Below are positions 10,601 to 36,331 of a stretch of DNA of 64,000 nt, one piece after another; position 1 is the first letter of the stretch; every line of letters begins with the position of its first letter. This DNA comes from Botryllus schlosseri (taxonomy: Eukaryota). The position numbers and the translations under genes are program-made. The stretch is from NCBI GenBank assembly GCA_051294905.1, contig CM119374.1, forward strand, positions 25,172,001 through 25,236,000, given 5' to 3'. The notes under the pieces were generated by a model. That model saw only the letters and a list, made by a program, of their open reading frames with translations, did no database searches and had not been told where the DNA came from.

Positions 10601-13600
10601 AATGAAAGTAAAGAATACAGTATAGAAAAAGAAAGCGACAAGAAATAGGGCGGCATGTCATTGGAAGCGAGATCGATAGGTCAGTCGTGGTCCGGTAGTC
10701 TTGAGGATGGACTGTATTTATTTAGTAGTAATTGCTTGTATTTCGACTTGAATGTGGACATGCTCGTCGACTGTCGGATGGCCGGCGGGATACTGTTCCA
10801 CACATCAGGTCCGGCATATTTGATGGAGCGATGATCTTTTCGGTCGATCATGTGATATTTGGACGACGTGGACGCGCGTGTGTTGTACTTGTGCGCTTTT
10901 GATTCAGAGGTAAAGAAGTCATTGAAATATTCGGGGCAACGACCGCAGTGAAACTGATACATAAACTTGGCGATTTCTAGTTTCCGCATATCTTCTATGT
11001 TTAGGACGCCGAATCTCTTCAGCAGCGACTTATTGGATGGGCATTGGATGGGTGTAATTTTTTTGGAAATTTATGGCACTTTTTCAAATTTCTTTCGCGC
11101 TGGAGGCGCGATTTAGTGTTGCCGAATATATTGATTATTGGGTACCCTTCCCCCACGAAAATACGTAGATTTTATAGAAATGGAGACTCCAGCGTCGGTC
11201 ATTACTGCGCCTCGTCGCACCAAGACATATGGACTTATAGGCCATGTAACATGTGACTCCGAGAAGTGTGCCAGAACGATCAGCAGCGAGAAGAGCTTGG
11301 CCGAGAAGGTATGCCCTTGTGCTGACCGAAAACTCTGATATATATACAATATACAATACAGATATGTTAAATTGTCCATAGGCTGCTAAATGGCTGGCGC
11401 CGAATGTTCCTGTCCTGGCGATCTGAACCCCACAGGACAAATGACATCCCGCAGGGAAAACTTATTTGCCGGTAAAGCAATACCAATTTGAAATCGTGTG
11501 TGCCTTTTAGTTTTGGCGATTTCCATACCTTTTGACAAACCAGATATAGGAGGTCACGAAATAGCATAATGTAACGAAGTCAATATACGAACGAGTCAGC
11601 CTGAAGATGTTTAATACTTATTTAGGGATCCTACTTACCTCACGCAGCTCTACCGGTAAATCTGATTACGTGAGCAGGGAGGATAAAAAAATGATAACAA
11701 AATATATGTAATTCTCGATCATATTGACTGATTCAAACATCAATTATATAAATATTTGGCGCTTCGTGCGTTTAGCCGAAACAAGGCGACACACTTAACG
11801 GTAGACGCAATGTAGCTGATAATTAACGGGGGAAAACGTACAGGCTCAGGGCAGTGTTGGGATCAAATCACCATCTTCGAGTCACGAGTCATTTCGAGTC
11901 CTTGCACATTTTGACTCGAGTCAAGTCAATCGATTTTCGAAGGTGACTCGAGTCAAGTCAAGTCACTCGATTTTTGGAGATGACTCGAGTCAAGTAAAGT
12001 CACAATTCAAGTCAAGTTGCCTTTTCGAAGTATGAGGCATGGTTACGTCATTGCATTCTGCTAGCTGTCTAAAATACAGATTGAGTGGTCATTTATTATG
12101 AACCGATGAACGAATATAAAGTTAAATGTAGGCCTACACGCAAAAAGGCGCCGTATCGCTCACATATACGTAGAACCGCTAAACTACGTACGTAATTGCA
12201 TAGCCTCAGTTTATAGTTATGAGTCAAAATAGAGAATAGCGAAACGAATTGATAAGATGCAATACATTACACATATACAAATTGATATGATGCAATTCGA
12301 GCCTGCGCCAATGGTTGAGGTCTACATAAACTATATATTTCAATAAAACAAGAGTTTTGGTTAAGGTATGAACGGAGAACAGAAATATACATTTTGCTGT
12401 TAAATTACTTTACTATTTACGACAACGAAAGCTGTAAGCTTCGATCACTTCGCTTGCGGTCAATTTATTTGTGAGAGAGCAATGGGGGATCAGTAAAACG
12501 TATGATCATTGAATAATTGGTTGCTTTCACGGGTTCACTAGCGTTTCGCGAACAATCAGAACATATGCAAGATACAATGATTTTTATCGACATCGATAAC
12601 TTGATGACTTGAAATTGACTCGTGAATTTTGCTCCGAGTCACGAGTCAATCCTCATTTCTGACACGTCAAGTCAAGTCATTTTAGTAAAGTGACTCGAGT
12701 CAAGTCAAGTCATACGAATAAGGTGACTCGAGTCAAGTCGTGACTCGAGTCATCCCAACACTGGCTCAGGGAGGCTGAAGGGGTTTATCACCCTATGGGG
12801 GGCTCGAGACCAACGTTTTTTTTTGGGGGGGGAGGGGGGCTGACGAAGTGCTGTTACGGTCCTGGCGGGAATGACATGACTGAGAGCACAGTGGCTTGGT
12901 TGGCTAGTGTCACAGTGGCTGAGTTGGCTAGTGTCAAAACATAGTATTTGTGGTTAGGCCAAAGCTTGTGAACAACCCAAATCAGTTTAACTAAATTAAT
13001 GAAAGCTTATAAAATCCTGATACATACTCGGTGAAGGTATCCTAGTTCGACCTGCTTCAATAGGTTGTCGTTTCGATTTTGATTTGAATGCAGCTTCAGC
13101 TGCAACTGAGTTATTTTTGGCCGTCATTGAATCTTTGACCTGGGAAATTCAAATTTTATGCAAATCCAATATGAAAAGCACGCATTCAAATTACTTCATA
13201 CAAATTTGGCGGGGGTGCTGCGCTTTTGGACATGAACATATTTCCTTTCGTGACAGCTATAGGCAGGTGGAACGCGCTTGAATTGGCTTTATTAAAATCC
13301 TTTTTGGGGTGCAGGTAAGAAGGCATATCGTATGTTCCAGCTCCTGGAGTCATATTTGTATAATTCTTCCTTGTCCGGGTCTGTAATTGAAAGAGGAAGT
13401 CAGGAATAATTTTAGATAACAAAACAACATATTTTACTTTTGAAGCAAACGATCCCGTGCCTTTCTTGGAAAAAGATGTTGAAAACTTTTCTACGTCGTC
13501 GAGACCGTAATGGTAGTTTCCAGGACCTGGAGCATCGCTCTACATATTAATGAAACACAATATTTTACACCTGTTGCAGCCAGAGTTGCATTGAATGTAA

Positions 13601-15023
13601 TCACAAATTTGCAACCCTTGTATTTGTAATTGAGGGGAAACAAATCAAGTAATTTCAATGTTATAATCATCACTGATCTATGGCAACTTCTCAATATTGG
13701 TCAATCATTCAATATTATTGGATAATTGATTCAAGTTTAGTAATAGTTGTAGAGTACTCACACAAAGATTATGCCCAGTTACTGTCCAAGGGATAGCATA
13801 AATTTGGGACGCTTATATCAGAACAGGTAAAAGACAGACAGACTAATACTGTTTCAAGTAAAAGGAGAAGACAAAAAGTTTTTGAACGCACAACGAAAAG
13901 AAGATTGGTATAGGCTACTATTATTTGACACTTGCTAACAAAAATCTGACACTCTTGTGTTATTTTCTTGTGAAGTTGTGATTTCATTCATAAAAATGAT
14001 GGAAATTTGTCTGAAGACCACATGCTTGCTACCAGAATCGAATTGAGTCTCAATTTTTTAAGGAATTGGCTTGACTCGAGTCATCGCCTCAAAGTGACTC
14101 GACTAGATGTGTGAGAAATAGGAAATGATTCTAGGGTGCGAGTCAATGTTTAGGGTCAATATTTAAATTAAATTAAAAAATATTCTATTGTGAAAAGTAT
14201 TTTTAACCTGTATGGGAGAAAAGTAAGCTTCCTAATCTTATTCTACTATGTGGTGAGGAGCTCTTACCACATAAAAATCACGATTGAATCTCCTTGCTTG
14301 ACTGTTGAAGCCTTTTTTGTCGCTGTTGTCTGTGACAATAGTCTGGTATCTACTTGGGATGGAAGCTGATGCTGCAGCGATCCCATGTCCTGCAAACGAA
14401 AGCAGTTTGGTGCATCTGAATCTCATGCATAATTCAATCAAGAAATTGTGTGATCATGCAAAGACAATGAATTTGTGGAAATTTACCATAAGGTTGAGAA
14501 CCCTATACTACAGAGTTTCTAATTTTTAATGAATAACATATTCATACTCCTAGTACGTTCACATGTTTTAATTGGAATTGGTGCATACCATATAAAACAT
14601 TGGCACGTTACAACTATGGTACAATTATTCCATGCAGTTATTCGATATTTCCCATATCATTGAAACTGAAATGATCATAGTTGAAGAAATATAATATGCC
14701 ACGATGCAGCAATTTGTGTAGTAGTCCAGAAAGAGCCCTAATGTGTTCTCTCTCTGAAATATCATATACCTATGAATGTATAGCAATTAAGCAAACGGAT
14801 ATGGATTTCTTGGCATTGAGCTAGAGCTATGGAAGATACTCAACCCCGAAATGTGACACAGGAACTGCATACGGCTTGCTCATAACCAAAATAGTACTGA
14901 TACCTGAGCATTTAATGTACAGAGACAAAAGACCTCACTGCATGTACCTTTATGGAGCTTTCCAGATATTTGGGAATGGATCCGCCTGGGAGAATAATTC
15001 GGTTGAACGCTATCTGTCGCCAT
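7605..15023 (-). CDS. STPG1: O(6)-methylguanine-induced apoptosis 2 / sperm-tail PG-rich repeat protein 1, 344 aa; exons 15023-14948, 14389-14268, 13539-13438, 13380-13195, 13139-13028, 8575-8407, 7872-7605
   Basis: Seven exons join in phase at GT-AG sites (1035 nt). PGPGxY repeats, KKGFNSQARRF, SFSKKGTG, SSSVFVSNTSRW and PGPATYRPE..GKQSFIYN...KWIP match human STPG1. Confidence 0.92.
8628..9930. mobile_element. Non-autonomous hAT-type element of 1303 bp, nested in a CAGTGGTTCCCAAAC-type MITE fragment starting at 8600
   Basis: TIRs CAGAGGTGGTCA / TGACCACCTCTG, perfect 8-bp TSD GGAATTCC (8620-8627, 9931-9938), subterminal TACTCAAGTA/AGTAGAAGTA arrays. Confidence 0.85.
10435..11045 (-). mobile_element. 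5'-truncated L2/CR1-group LINE: ORF2 C-terminus, 3' UTR and (ATG)n tail
   Basis: SNKSLLKRFGVLNIEDMRKLEIAKFMYQF...HKYNTR...SIKYAGPDVWNSIP..IRQSTSMSTFKSKYKQLLL (ORF 10681-10989) is a typical ORF2 end; the tail reads AATAAACCAATGATGATGATG. Confidence 0.88.
11852..12763. mobile_element. hAT-type MITE, 912 bp
   Basis: TIRs CAGTGTTGGGAT / ATCCCAACACTG, perfect 8-bp TSD GCTCAGGG (11844-11851, 12764-12771), GACTCGAGTC arrays at both ends. Confidence 0.9.
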
Positions 15024-16902
15024 GATGATTGATTTTAACTACATAATTCAAAATACGATTAACTGAATCAAATGTAAGTAACCTCGCAAGTGACTGCAGA
15101 ATATCCCGATGACTTGTGTTATGAAGTGCAAGAGTATAGTTCGTTGCTATTAGCAACATAGATGGCCATCCAATGGATAACAAATGTTAGTAGGTTCTTA
15201 GGTCGACAAATGATACGTCTTATGTCATAGAGTTATTTATATATTATTTTATAATTTAATATAACTGCAAAATATGTTATGATTTAGATATTATAGATCC
15301 GTAACTTCCGTAATCCGAGCAGCCAACCGTGTCTGCTCGATAATGTCGTATTCTGAAGATTGAAATAATATCGGATACGAAAGGTTGTCAAAAATCATAA
15401 AATTGAAAACTTACTCATAATGGATGGGTAAATGTAACGTACGTCAGAGAAATCCTAAACCTGCTTGTTTTGCACTGGTCAACAATAAACAATTTTCCTA
15501 GAGCTCACTGGTACATTTCGAAGACCAATTTTACAATATCTTCATGGGAGTGTTCCGATCCTCAAGGTCTAGTTCGTTATTTTTTGTTTGTCGAATATGT
15601 GTTATAGGATGTAAAAGTCGGCGACAGATTATTAAGGGTGGTGTCATATCACATAAATAAAGAAGTTAAGGGAATAAAGCGTTATATTTTATCGTCTTAC
15701 TAGGAATTTCGTTCCATAAAATGAAATCATATAATGTGTTGTTGACGGAATTTGACATGCCTGAACATGTTTTGTGACCCTCATTTTCCGAAAGTTATAT
15801 GTGCTGAAATGGGAATCCATCGCTTCGCTATTTTTGTGATATCACGTGAAATTACATAGTCATACTGCCGTAACCAGCATCCTTACTGGTCCCTTAAATG
15901 ATGTTACTGTACCAGCGTACCGTATGATATAGCCTATGATATATTGATGTACATTGTACTATACCGTGCGTGTGCGGTTTCTATGTTATAATCGGATTAG
16001 AAATATGTTATTTTCGTTATGGAATCGCATTGTCTACTCCATAGTATTTATCCACTGATAATATATTGATTCATTTCGTAGGCTACTGTACTATACAAAT
16101 TCATTTTACTAAGTGGATTCAACTTGTGAGTTCATAAATTGAAATTGACAAATCTATTGACGAAATCTTTGTTCCCATGAAGGCGATTGAGTTTGCAGCA
16201 AGCCTGGAATTTCAATATTGATTATTGTGTTGTAAACTGTAATTTTTTAGTATCAAGTCTCATAACGTTGATACCGGTAATAGTTCTGATGATGTTCGGG
16301 ACTAAGAGATTGCAGATTAAAATATCTTAATCTTTCACATAAGGGATTATAATTACATATGTTTATAGGTAGCTATTCCTTGCCTTAAACCCTTAAGAAG
16401 AAAATTAAACCATCATAATAGCATGGCAGCTAGGACAAATATGTCATCTAATAATTTTTGCTTTGATGGAAGTTTTATAATAAAAATTCAAATTTATGTA
16501 TTTTGCCAGTATTTTATAATGCTCATGCAATCATAGAGTAGGCTACTTTGTTTAGATACCAGTAGTTCATTCGGAAGTATATGAATATATTTTTGGAGGA
16601 ATATCTTTATATTATTATCCTATAGTAGAAGTGACAATGAACTATATAGTGATTGATATGCTGCCATTATCAGATTTTTAGTCCTCGATTGTGAATTTTG
16701 TAAATATATATGCTATATCTAACCTTGTATAGGTAACTTATTTCATTCATATATTCACTTAATCCTTTTTACACCATTAGTAAAATTCTATGAAATATAT
16801 TGCGATGTTTTTCAGTTTGATTGCTTTGGAATAATTACCTAGTCAGTACTTGAGCTACAACTGTGCTTCATTGCTGTAGAGCATTACTCTAGAAAGGTAA
16901 CA

Positions 16903-29613
<12,711 letters not shown>

Positions 29614-31593
29614 GCCCGCTCGGCTCGCCGCGGACATTTGAGTGAACGCTGTCTGGGGAATCCCGTCATATACACGGCTACCCGGTCGCGCGAAGTTTTT
29701 CCTTTGCATAATTCTATTGATCGTTTTCTCTCATATCGAAATTATGACGTGATTATCCGAAATTTCGGCGGGCCCCGTACGTACAGTCGCCCGACGGTCT
29801 ACTGAAAAACATTCGTCCAAGTGCAATTATTGCAACGCTGTCCTTTGATGATAGGGCTTGCTATGTAAAAGAAAACTGAAGTTATTTTGCTGCAAACAGT
29901 CGCTCACGTACGGGCAGCGCTGCGGTCCGTTGTCGAGATTGGCGTTTTTGATATCATGAAATCGTTGCCCGTTGCCCGTTGTCCGTGTATGCCAAAAGTT
30001 TACGACCCACAATCATTAGCCTTAGACTTTAGAAATCTTGTCTCGATCATGCGTCGGCGTCGTTGATTTTCCAATCGACGACGCTGCCTTTAGAATCTTT
30101 GTGACGCCGCTATAGTCTGATTCTTCCTTGCGAAATCCGCACACCTTGCTGTTACGATTGTTTTTTGATTGGCGACGCGTGGCGGGTTTTGGGAAAACGC
30201 ATTCACGGTCGTCGTTGGAGTAATCGACATCCCTCATCTCTCGAATTTTGTACCCACGAGATTTTGTATCCCTTTATCGTACGGAAATAAAATTCTATAA
30301 CCAGGGTGGGATGCGAGTGGTTGTCATCTTTGAAAAGTGAGTTTGTGGTTCCGTCCGTCAGATACAGAATGAGCGATTGCCAATAGACATTGCCAGAATG
30401 AACAGTGAACACGATGCCAAGTTCAGTTGCGATATTTGAGATCAAGAACGTACTGAGAATGGACGACTATGAATTCCAAGGTTTTTTCATGCATTACTGG
30501 ATTCTATCCCCCATGGCCGACCTATGCTTGCTCTCATGGCATGTTAGGAGAATGCCGGCTCTGGCCTACATTGACGGTGAGGGGCATATGTGGATGTCCA
30601 GGAAGTAACTCCTTGCCCACATAAGCATGGAAACAGTGCCACGTAGTTGTAGGCGTTACTATTGGAACAGGCAGTCAGCGAAGCAGTACCAATTTTTCAG
30701 AGCGCATAAGTAGCCTAGATTTTTCCTAGTTATGCAACTCATGTGACAACGTTATCAGGCATGACTACCTACGTTTTATACTTACATTATGAAGAATAGA
30801 AAGTAGTTTTGGATCGAATTTGACTCCGATTTTCGAATGAAAAATGTTTGTGATAAGAACGAAGTGAAAGAGCCCTGGTATCCGTATCGAAGATCGTAGC
30901 TATCCTCGTTACATTAGTGACGAAGATTCAACTAGCATTTCCGAATGTAGCCGACAATTAACTGCTAAGAGTATGTGAGCCCTCGGCCATATCTACTTTT
31001 TGATACTACATACTTATTTTAGTATTTTCAGACCTTGGTTGGAAATACTCGATTAGAAATTTACGGCATTACCTCTACTCCTACTGAAGTAGCAACGCTT
31101 CCTATAATTTGACACCTCTTGTTTTATAGAAGGCGATGCTCCCACTTTGCTGATGCCTCTGGAACCAAATCACTGCTGTAGGGGAGATGCATCAGTGCAG
31201 TACCCTTCTGCGTATATCTATAGCAAATATAGCAAATACGATGCACGTGGATCGTTGAGTCGGGTGCACGGATTAAAATCAACCATTTTCGCATTCACAG
31301 GATGGACCCTCCTTGTTCAAATTGGTCAATTTCGAAACGGATTCGCCTCCTATTGCGGACTAAACGATTCTGACTCTGCGTCTTCTTCTGTTTGTAGCGC
31401 GGATGAAGAAAACATGACCGTACGGTGACGCGCTTGCGCTGCGAGCAAACGGGTGATTGACATCTGGAAAGGAAATGGCGCGAGGTGCCCTGGATTAAAA
31501 AAATTCCAAGCGCGTACAACCGTGCGGACATAGGCATAGTATAATCCGGACGACGGAATCAGAACGTACTAAATAATATTTCTGTACGCTGAT

Positions 31594-34500
31594 ATGAATT
31601 CTCCCTACAACAACGCTCCGCCTCCGCCCCAGCCGACATCACTCGGCAGTAATCTAGGAAAAGGTAGAGGGACTAGGAAGAAGCGGAAACAGCAGGATGC
31701 GGGCGGGGCAAGCACGAATAAGAAGAGCAGAACGGAAATACCTTATAGTCAGGTAATATGTTGTACGAGGGAATGCCCGTCCAAACAGTAGCGCAAAGTT
31801 TATTTACATCGATGTTATTACATGTGTACGGTATGAAGTGATTGCAACGAAAGAGACTGTTTACCGTTGGTCGTAACGGACTAGCGGGTAATGCTCATTG
31901 CATCGCATCGTTGGCACTCAATTAGAAGTAATTTATACTGAAGTAAGTAATTGATTCTAAAATCATGGCCACTTAAGTAAGTATACTTGAAGTAGGCAAA
32001 ATATACTCTAGTATCACCTTATCTTCACATGCATCAAGTTCCATTCAATGATAATAAGCAAAATAAATGAACAAATATTGTAGTTATAATTATCCCTACA
32101 TGAGTATTGGTGTATAAATAGTCCGTGATATGAAAGTGTGAATAATATAAACCTGTTTGTCATCAAAAGATGAAAGGAAGTATATATATCACAAAAATAA
32201 AAAGTTCATACTGAAAAATTGACAATATATGGCTGATTTTAGTGCCTTGCTGTTACGATTGTTGGATGTCCGGTATGTCATATTCACTAAATGACATAAT
32301 CACAACTGTATCAAGCCTTGTTAACTGTGTCGATGTTATTCTATGTGAGGTGTCATTTGTCTTACCGTTTTGTTGCAGAGATTGCCCGCTCACGGTTTCC
32401 CTTTGGAGCATCCTTACAATAAAGACGGATACCGCTACATCCTAGCCGAACCAGATCCACACATTCCCGACACAGACCCGGAACCAGATTTACCCGGAAA
32501 ACCAATACCAGGAAAATTGTACAGAAGATGGCTACATGACAAAGTGTTACTGTCTCTACATGACCGGTATACCACAAGTTAAGACGCGTTATAGTCAATT
32601 ATCAGAGATAGTCAAAGTAGAGGTACTTCAAGAGGAAGTTGGAGTTCAAAGTTCTCGAAAAGTTTTGATCACGGTTTTACTTACTTTTGGCATTCAATAC
32701 TTTCAAATCACAATTGATGCATCTTTGCGATTAACGCAAAATGATAATGTCTGGGTCGATTATTTTTTGCAATTGCCTAAAAGTCAAAATCTGGTGAAAC
32801 TTGCCATTGTAGGTCAAAAAATTGTCCAAATTGTGCACAAAGTAAAAATAAATTTTGCAAACTGCATTACGTTGGTGCCATAGAGGTTGCACCGTCGGTG
32901 AACTTATCATTTGACATTTTACACCCTGTAGGCTCATTGTCTACTCGTTGTGAATCGTAAACCATCAAATGAAACAAATAGTTTGACATGACGGGATGAT
33001 CAACACACCTAAAAATGAGTAAAATTTTTAGTAGGTCCGATGTTTTTCCAAGCTCCAGCCGATATCTCAAATCTGAATCTAAAATTGACCGTGCGGTGGA
33101 TATTGGTTCGAATATCACAGTGGTTCTCAGCATATGTGTGAACCGTGAGATGTTAATAAAACACTCAGATTTGGCTTGCGGTCTAAAAAGTGCATTGTCA
33201 GTATAAAGCGACAGGCGTATTACATAGCACTCCAGCAGTATACACTGAACCTCGATGCTGCCGGCAAACAACCGCTTCTGTTGAACGTTTCTCTTTATTC
33301 TTGTCAAGCTACGTCCAAGGACGGAGAGTTCCAATCATAAATGTAGAAAAGTACTGCAATTCGTACATTATGTGCATCAATGACTAATTTAAATTCCTGA
33401 GTGTTAAATTTTGTCAACATCAAGTTTGATGATGTCAAAATTTTAATTTTTTAGCGCAAAATCTTTTGTTTCTTAGGTCAAAAAATAATCACCCTACTAA
33501 CGACGCTACAAATCTTCTAAAATATTGGCTATCCTGCAATTGATGTGATGACTATGTGACGCGGTTCATAAGACAATTTTGCTAGCAAAAGTGATGGAAA
33601 CTACTCCATAGACCCCAAAGTATAAAAAAATATTTAAGTTTGTCTAAAAAATGTATGATTGGAATCAACTCGAGTAAGTTGTGTAAGCAGGCGAAACTAA
33701 GTTGAACCAAGTCGAAAAAGTAGTAGTTTGTTTTGACAAACTGTTGCGATTATGCATAGTATTATGACGGGTGCAGACTGCAGAGTTTGATTCATCACTA
33801 CAGAATCAACAGTGAGTTATTGGAGATTTAAGCTACAGTGGGCAAAAACAATAACCGTGTCAAACGTGTCGTTCACTTGTTCTTACTTTTCTGCAGAGCG
33901 CCACAGCTGAAAGTCAGCGACGACAGAATGTCTGTAACCGGGGAAAGAGGCTACAGCATGATACGCGCCAGTCACTACGTAAAGAGCGGCTCGTGGTTTT
34001 TCGAGGTGAAAGTGGAGGACATGCCGGAGAACACGCACGTCAGGTTGGGATGGTCGCAGAAACTCGGTAATCTTCAAGCGCCTTTGGGATACGATAAATT
34101 CGGATATTCGTGGCGAAGCAGGAAAGGTACCAGGTGAATAATCGTCACGATTTCGAGATTCTTGGAATTGCTGCAGTGGTAGCAATTTCGAATTTTTCTA
34201 ATTTAGTTTTGGCATTTCCTTACAATCTTGTATTTTAGTGTGTTTGTGTGTGTGTAAATTTCAGAACTTGAGGTTTTTTGGTTAATATTTTTACTTTAAT
34301 TTCCCTGATATTTCCATTGAGTTGTTGGCTGTGGCTATGTGTGATTGAATATAAAGTAGCCTTCAAGGCCTGCAGCAGTGCTTTCAACAGTAGAAAATAT
34401 TCAACAGTCAGTTGCCGCGACTTATATTCATAGTATTTTAATAATAGTATCGCACCAACCAAGTTCGGCATGGTCTGACCTAACTGACCTCATCAAATCA

Positions 34501-35259
34501 AACGACACAGACTGAAAATAATCGGTGTCTTGAAATCGTAAAATTTGAAATGACTTGACTAGAATAAAAATTTGCATTGACCCGATGATCCCATGGACCC
34601 CTCGTTTTCTATAGGATTACATTTCATGGCTAGCCGAGTAGGCACATTTCCATTTTCCATGTTCAATCATAACAGGACCTTTTCCATTCGCCTGTTACAC
34701 GAGCTGGTTTTACACTGTCTCATCGTTTAGATTTCACCAAAGCTCGGGTAAGCATTACGCCGATCAAGGATATGGAACTGGCGACGTGCTGGGTGTTTTC
34801 ATACACCTACCGCCCGCAACGAAAACTGCTCAAACCCTGCCTGACACCCACAAAGAAAACGCCTTGATAAAATTCAAAAGCTTTTTTTATTTTGAGGAAA
34901 AGGTCGGTACGATAAGTGGATATCGAGTAATATGATATAAGAGTTTGGATTTTTAACAGGATGAATTGGACAAAACGTCAAAAGGACTGAAGCATTTGCG
35001 CGGCGCTTATATTGAATTTTTCAAGAACGGCGTCTCGCAGGGACGGGCTTGGGAAAATGAAGTCTACGAGGGAGCATACTATCCGTGCATATCGCTGTAC
35101 AAATCGTGCACAACGTCAGTGAACTTTGGGCCAAAGTTCAAGTACCCGCCCCGACAGCAGCACCGCGCTATGTCCGAGCGTTCGGCGGATTTAATTGTAG
35201 AATGCTGCATGGCGGATATCCTGTATGCTGCAGCACTCGATGTTGATGGCAATAAATAA
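31594..35259 (+). CDS. ASH2L: Set1/COMPASS subunit ASH2-like (SPRY domain and DPY30-binding tail), 351 aa as modelled; exons 31594-31752, 32379-32566, 33897-34133, 34731-34902, 34960-35259
   Basis: [85 protein letters not shown] and [21 protein letters not shown] match human ASH2L; junctions are in phase. The start codon is uncertain. Confidence 0.92.
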
Positions 35260-36331
35260 TCATGTAATACAGTGGTTTGTAACCTTTTTGTTATTACGGA
35301 GCCCTAAATTTGTTTGTGTGGACGACTGGACGCACTGGCTACGGAATTTTGAGATACTGATTAAAGTATTACTGTTTATATTATCCCTTTGGCAATTGTG
35401 ACGAGGTTTGGAAACGATGATTTGAGGACTCGAAGCTGAATCAGGTTATTAATTCTGAAAATTATTTCAGCACCAAAAAGATACGCTCTTTGCCACTATG
35501 ATTTACTTTTCAACAAAAATTTTTAGTTTGGCTAGTAATTTCCAATGTGGAAACCTTGATTGGCCCTAACCACCCAAAACAAGTAGTACAAGGCTACATA
35601 CGCACTAGGGTTGTTTGAAAAAAGATTTTTCAAATTTTAATGTCAACCCCATAACAATATCCGTCGACATGCTTTTCTAACCAGCTAAGTTATTTGAGTT
35701 TTCCATTCATAATTTTGGGATTTTCCACCGTCAATGCTATTTTTGCAATTCCAAAACTTTCAGCTGCGATAACTTAGCTTCTATGGGTTGGAATTGCGTC
35801 AAATTTGTTTCCATCGTTTTTGCAGACAGCTTGACAATTTCATGGGGTTGATAGTACAAATTGAATTTGTACTAATTCGAAAATTTCCATTGGCTCTGTG
35901 TCGGTATACGCTGGTTGGAATTGAGCAAAGTTTGGTGTGCAGCATTTTTTTAGGCCCAACAACAATTTAATCAGTGAATCACAAATAGAGATGAAATAGG
36001 TGTGGTCAAAAATGCCAAATAATCTTTAATGTGATATAGAACCGGCATTATATTTTTCGTCGTAGCAGAAAATGTACCACTTTGAACTTTGCATATCATT
36101 CAGACTGTCATAATGAGTGGTACTCCATTCAGAATCGAATCGCTCATATACTATTGCCACCTGTGGGTGAGCACTAAATATAAGACAAAATCAGACAGAT
36201 CTTACAAATAAGGAGAATGTGGTTATATAGTTTCAGTTCCAACAATTGCCTTTCATAAACCACCTGAAAAGTAGTCATCGGACCCCAGGTCAAGAACCAC
36301 TGACGCAATAGTTACAGCACCTTTGGCGTTA

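Larger units (their letters stand above)
10347..12864. mobile_element. Non-autonomous DNA element with CAGGACCGTAAC TIRs, hosting a LINE fragment and a MITE
   Basis: CAGGACCGTAAC at 10347 and GTTACGGTCCTG ending at 12864; 11480-11790 and 12772-12864 match 57675-58180 in inverted orientation. The flanks do not form a clean TSD. Confidence 0.6.

Noticed and set aside
30405-30608. Diverged winged-helix exon of ASH2L (FFMHYW...SW)
   Set aside because: Only two Trp residues are roughly spaced as expected; the frame is bounded by stops and has no usable splice sites.
32867-33334. 155-aa minus-strand ORF in an ASH2L intron
   Set aside because: Non-ATG start and no recognisable motif.
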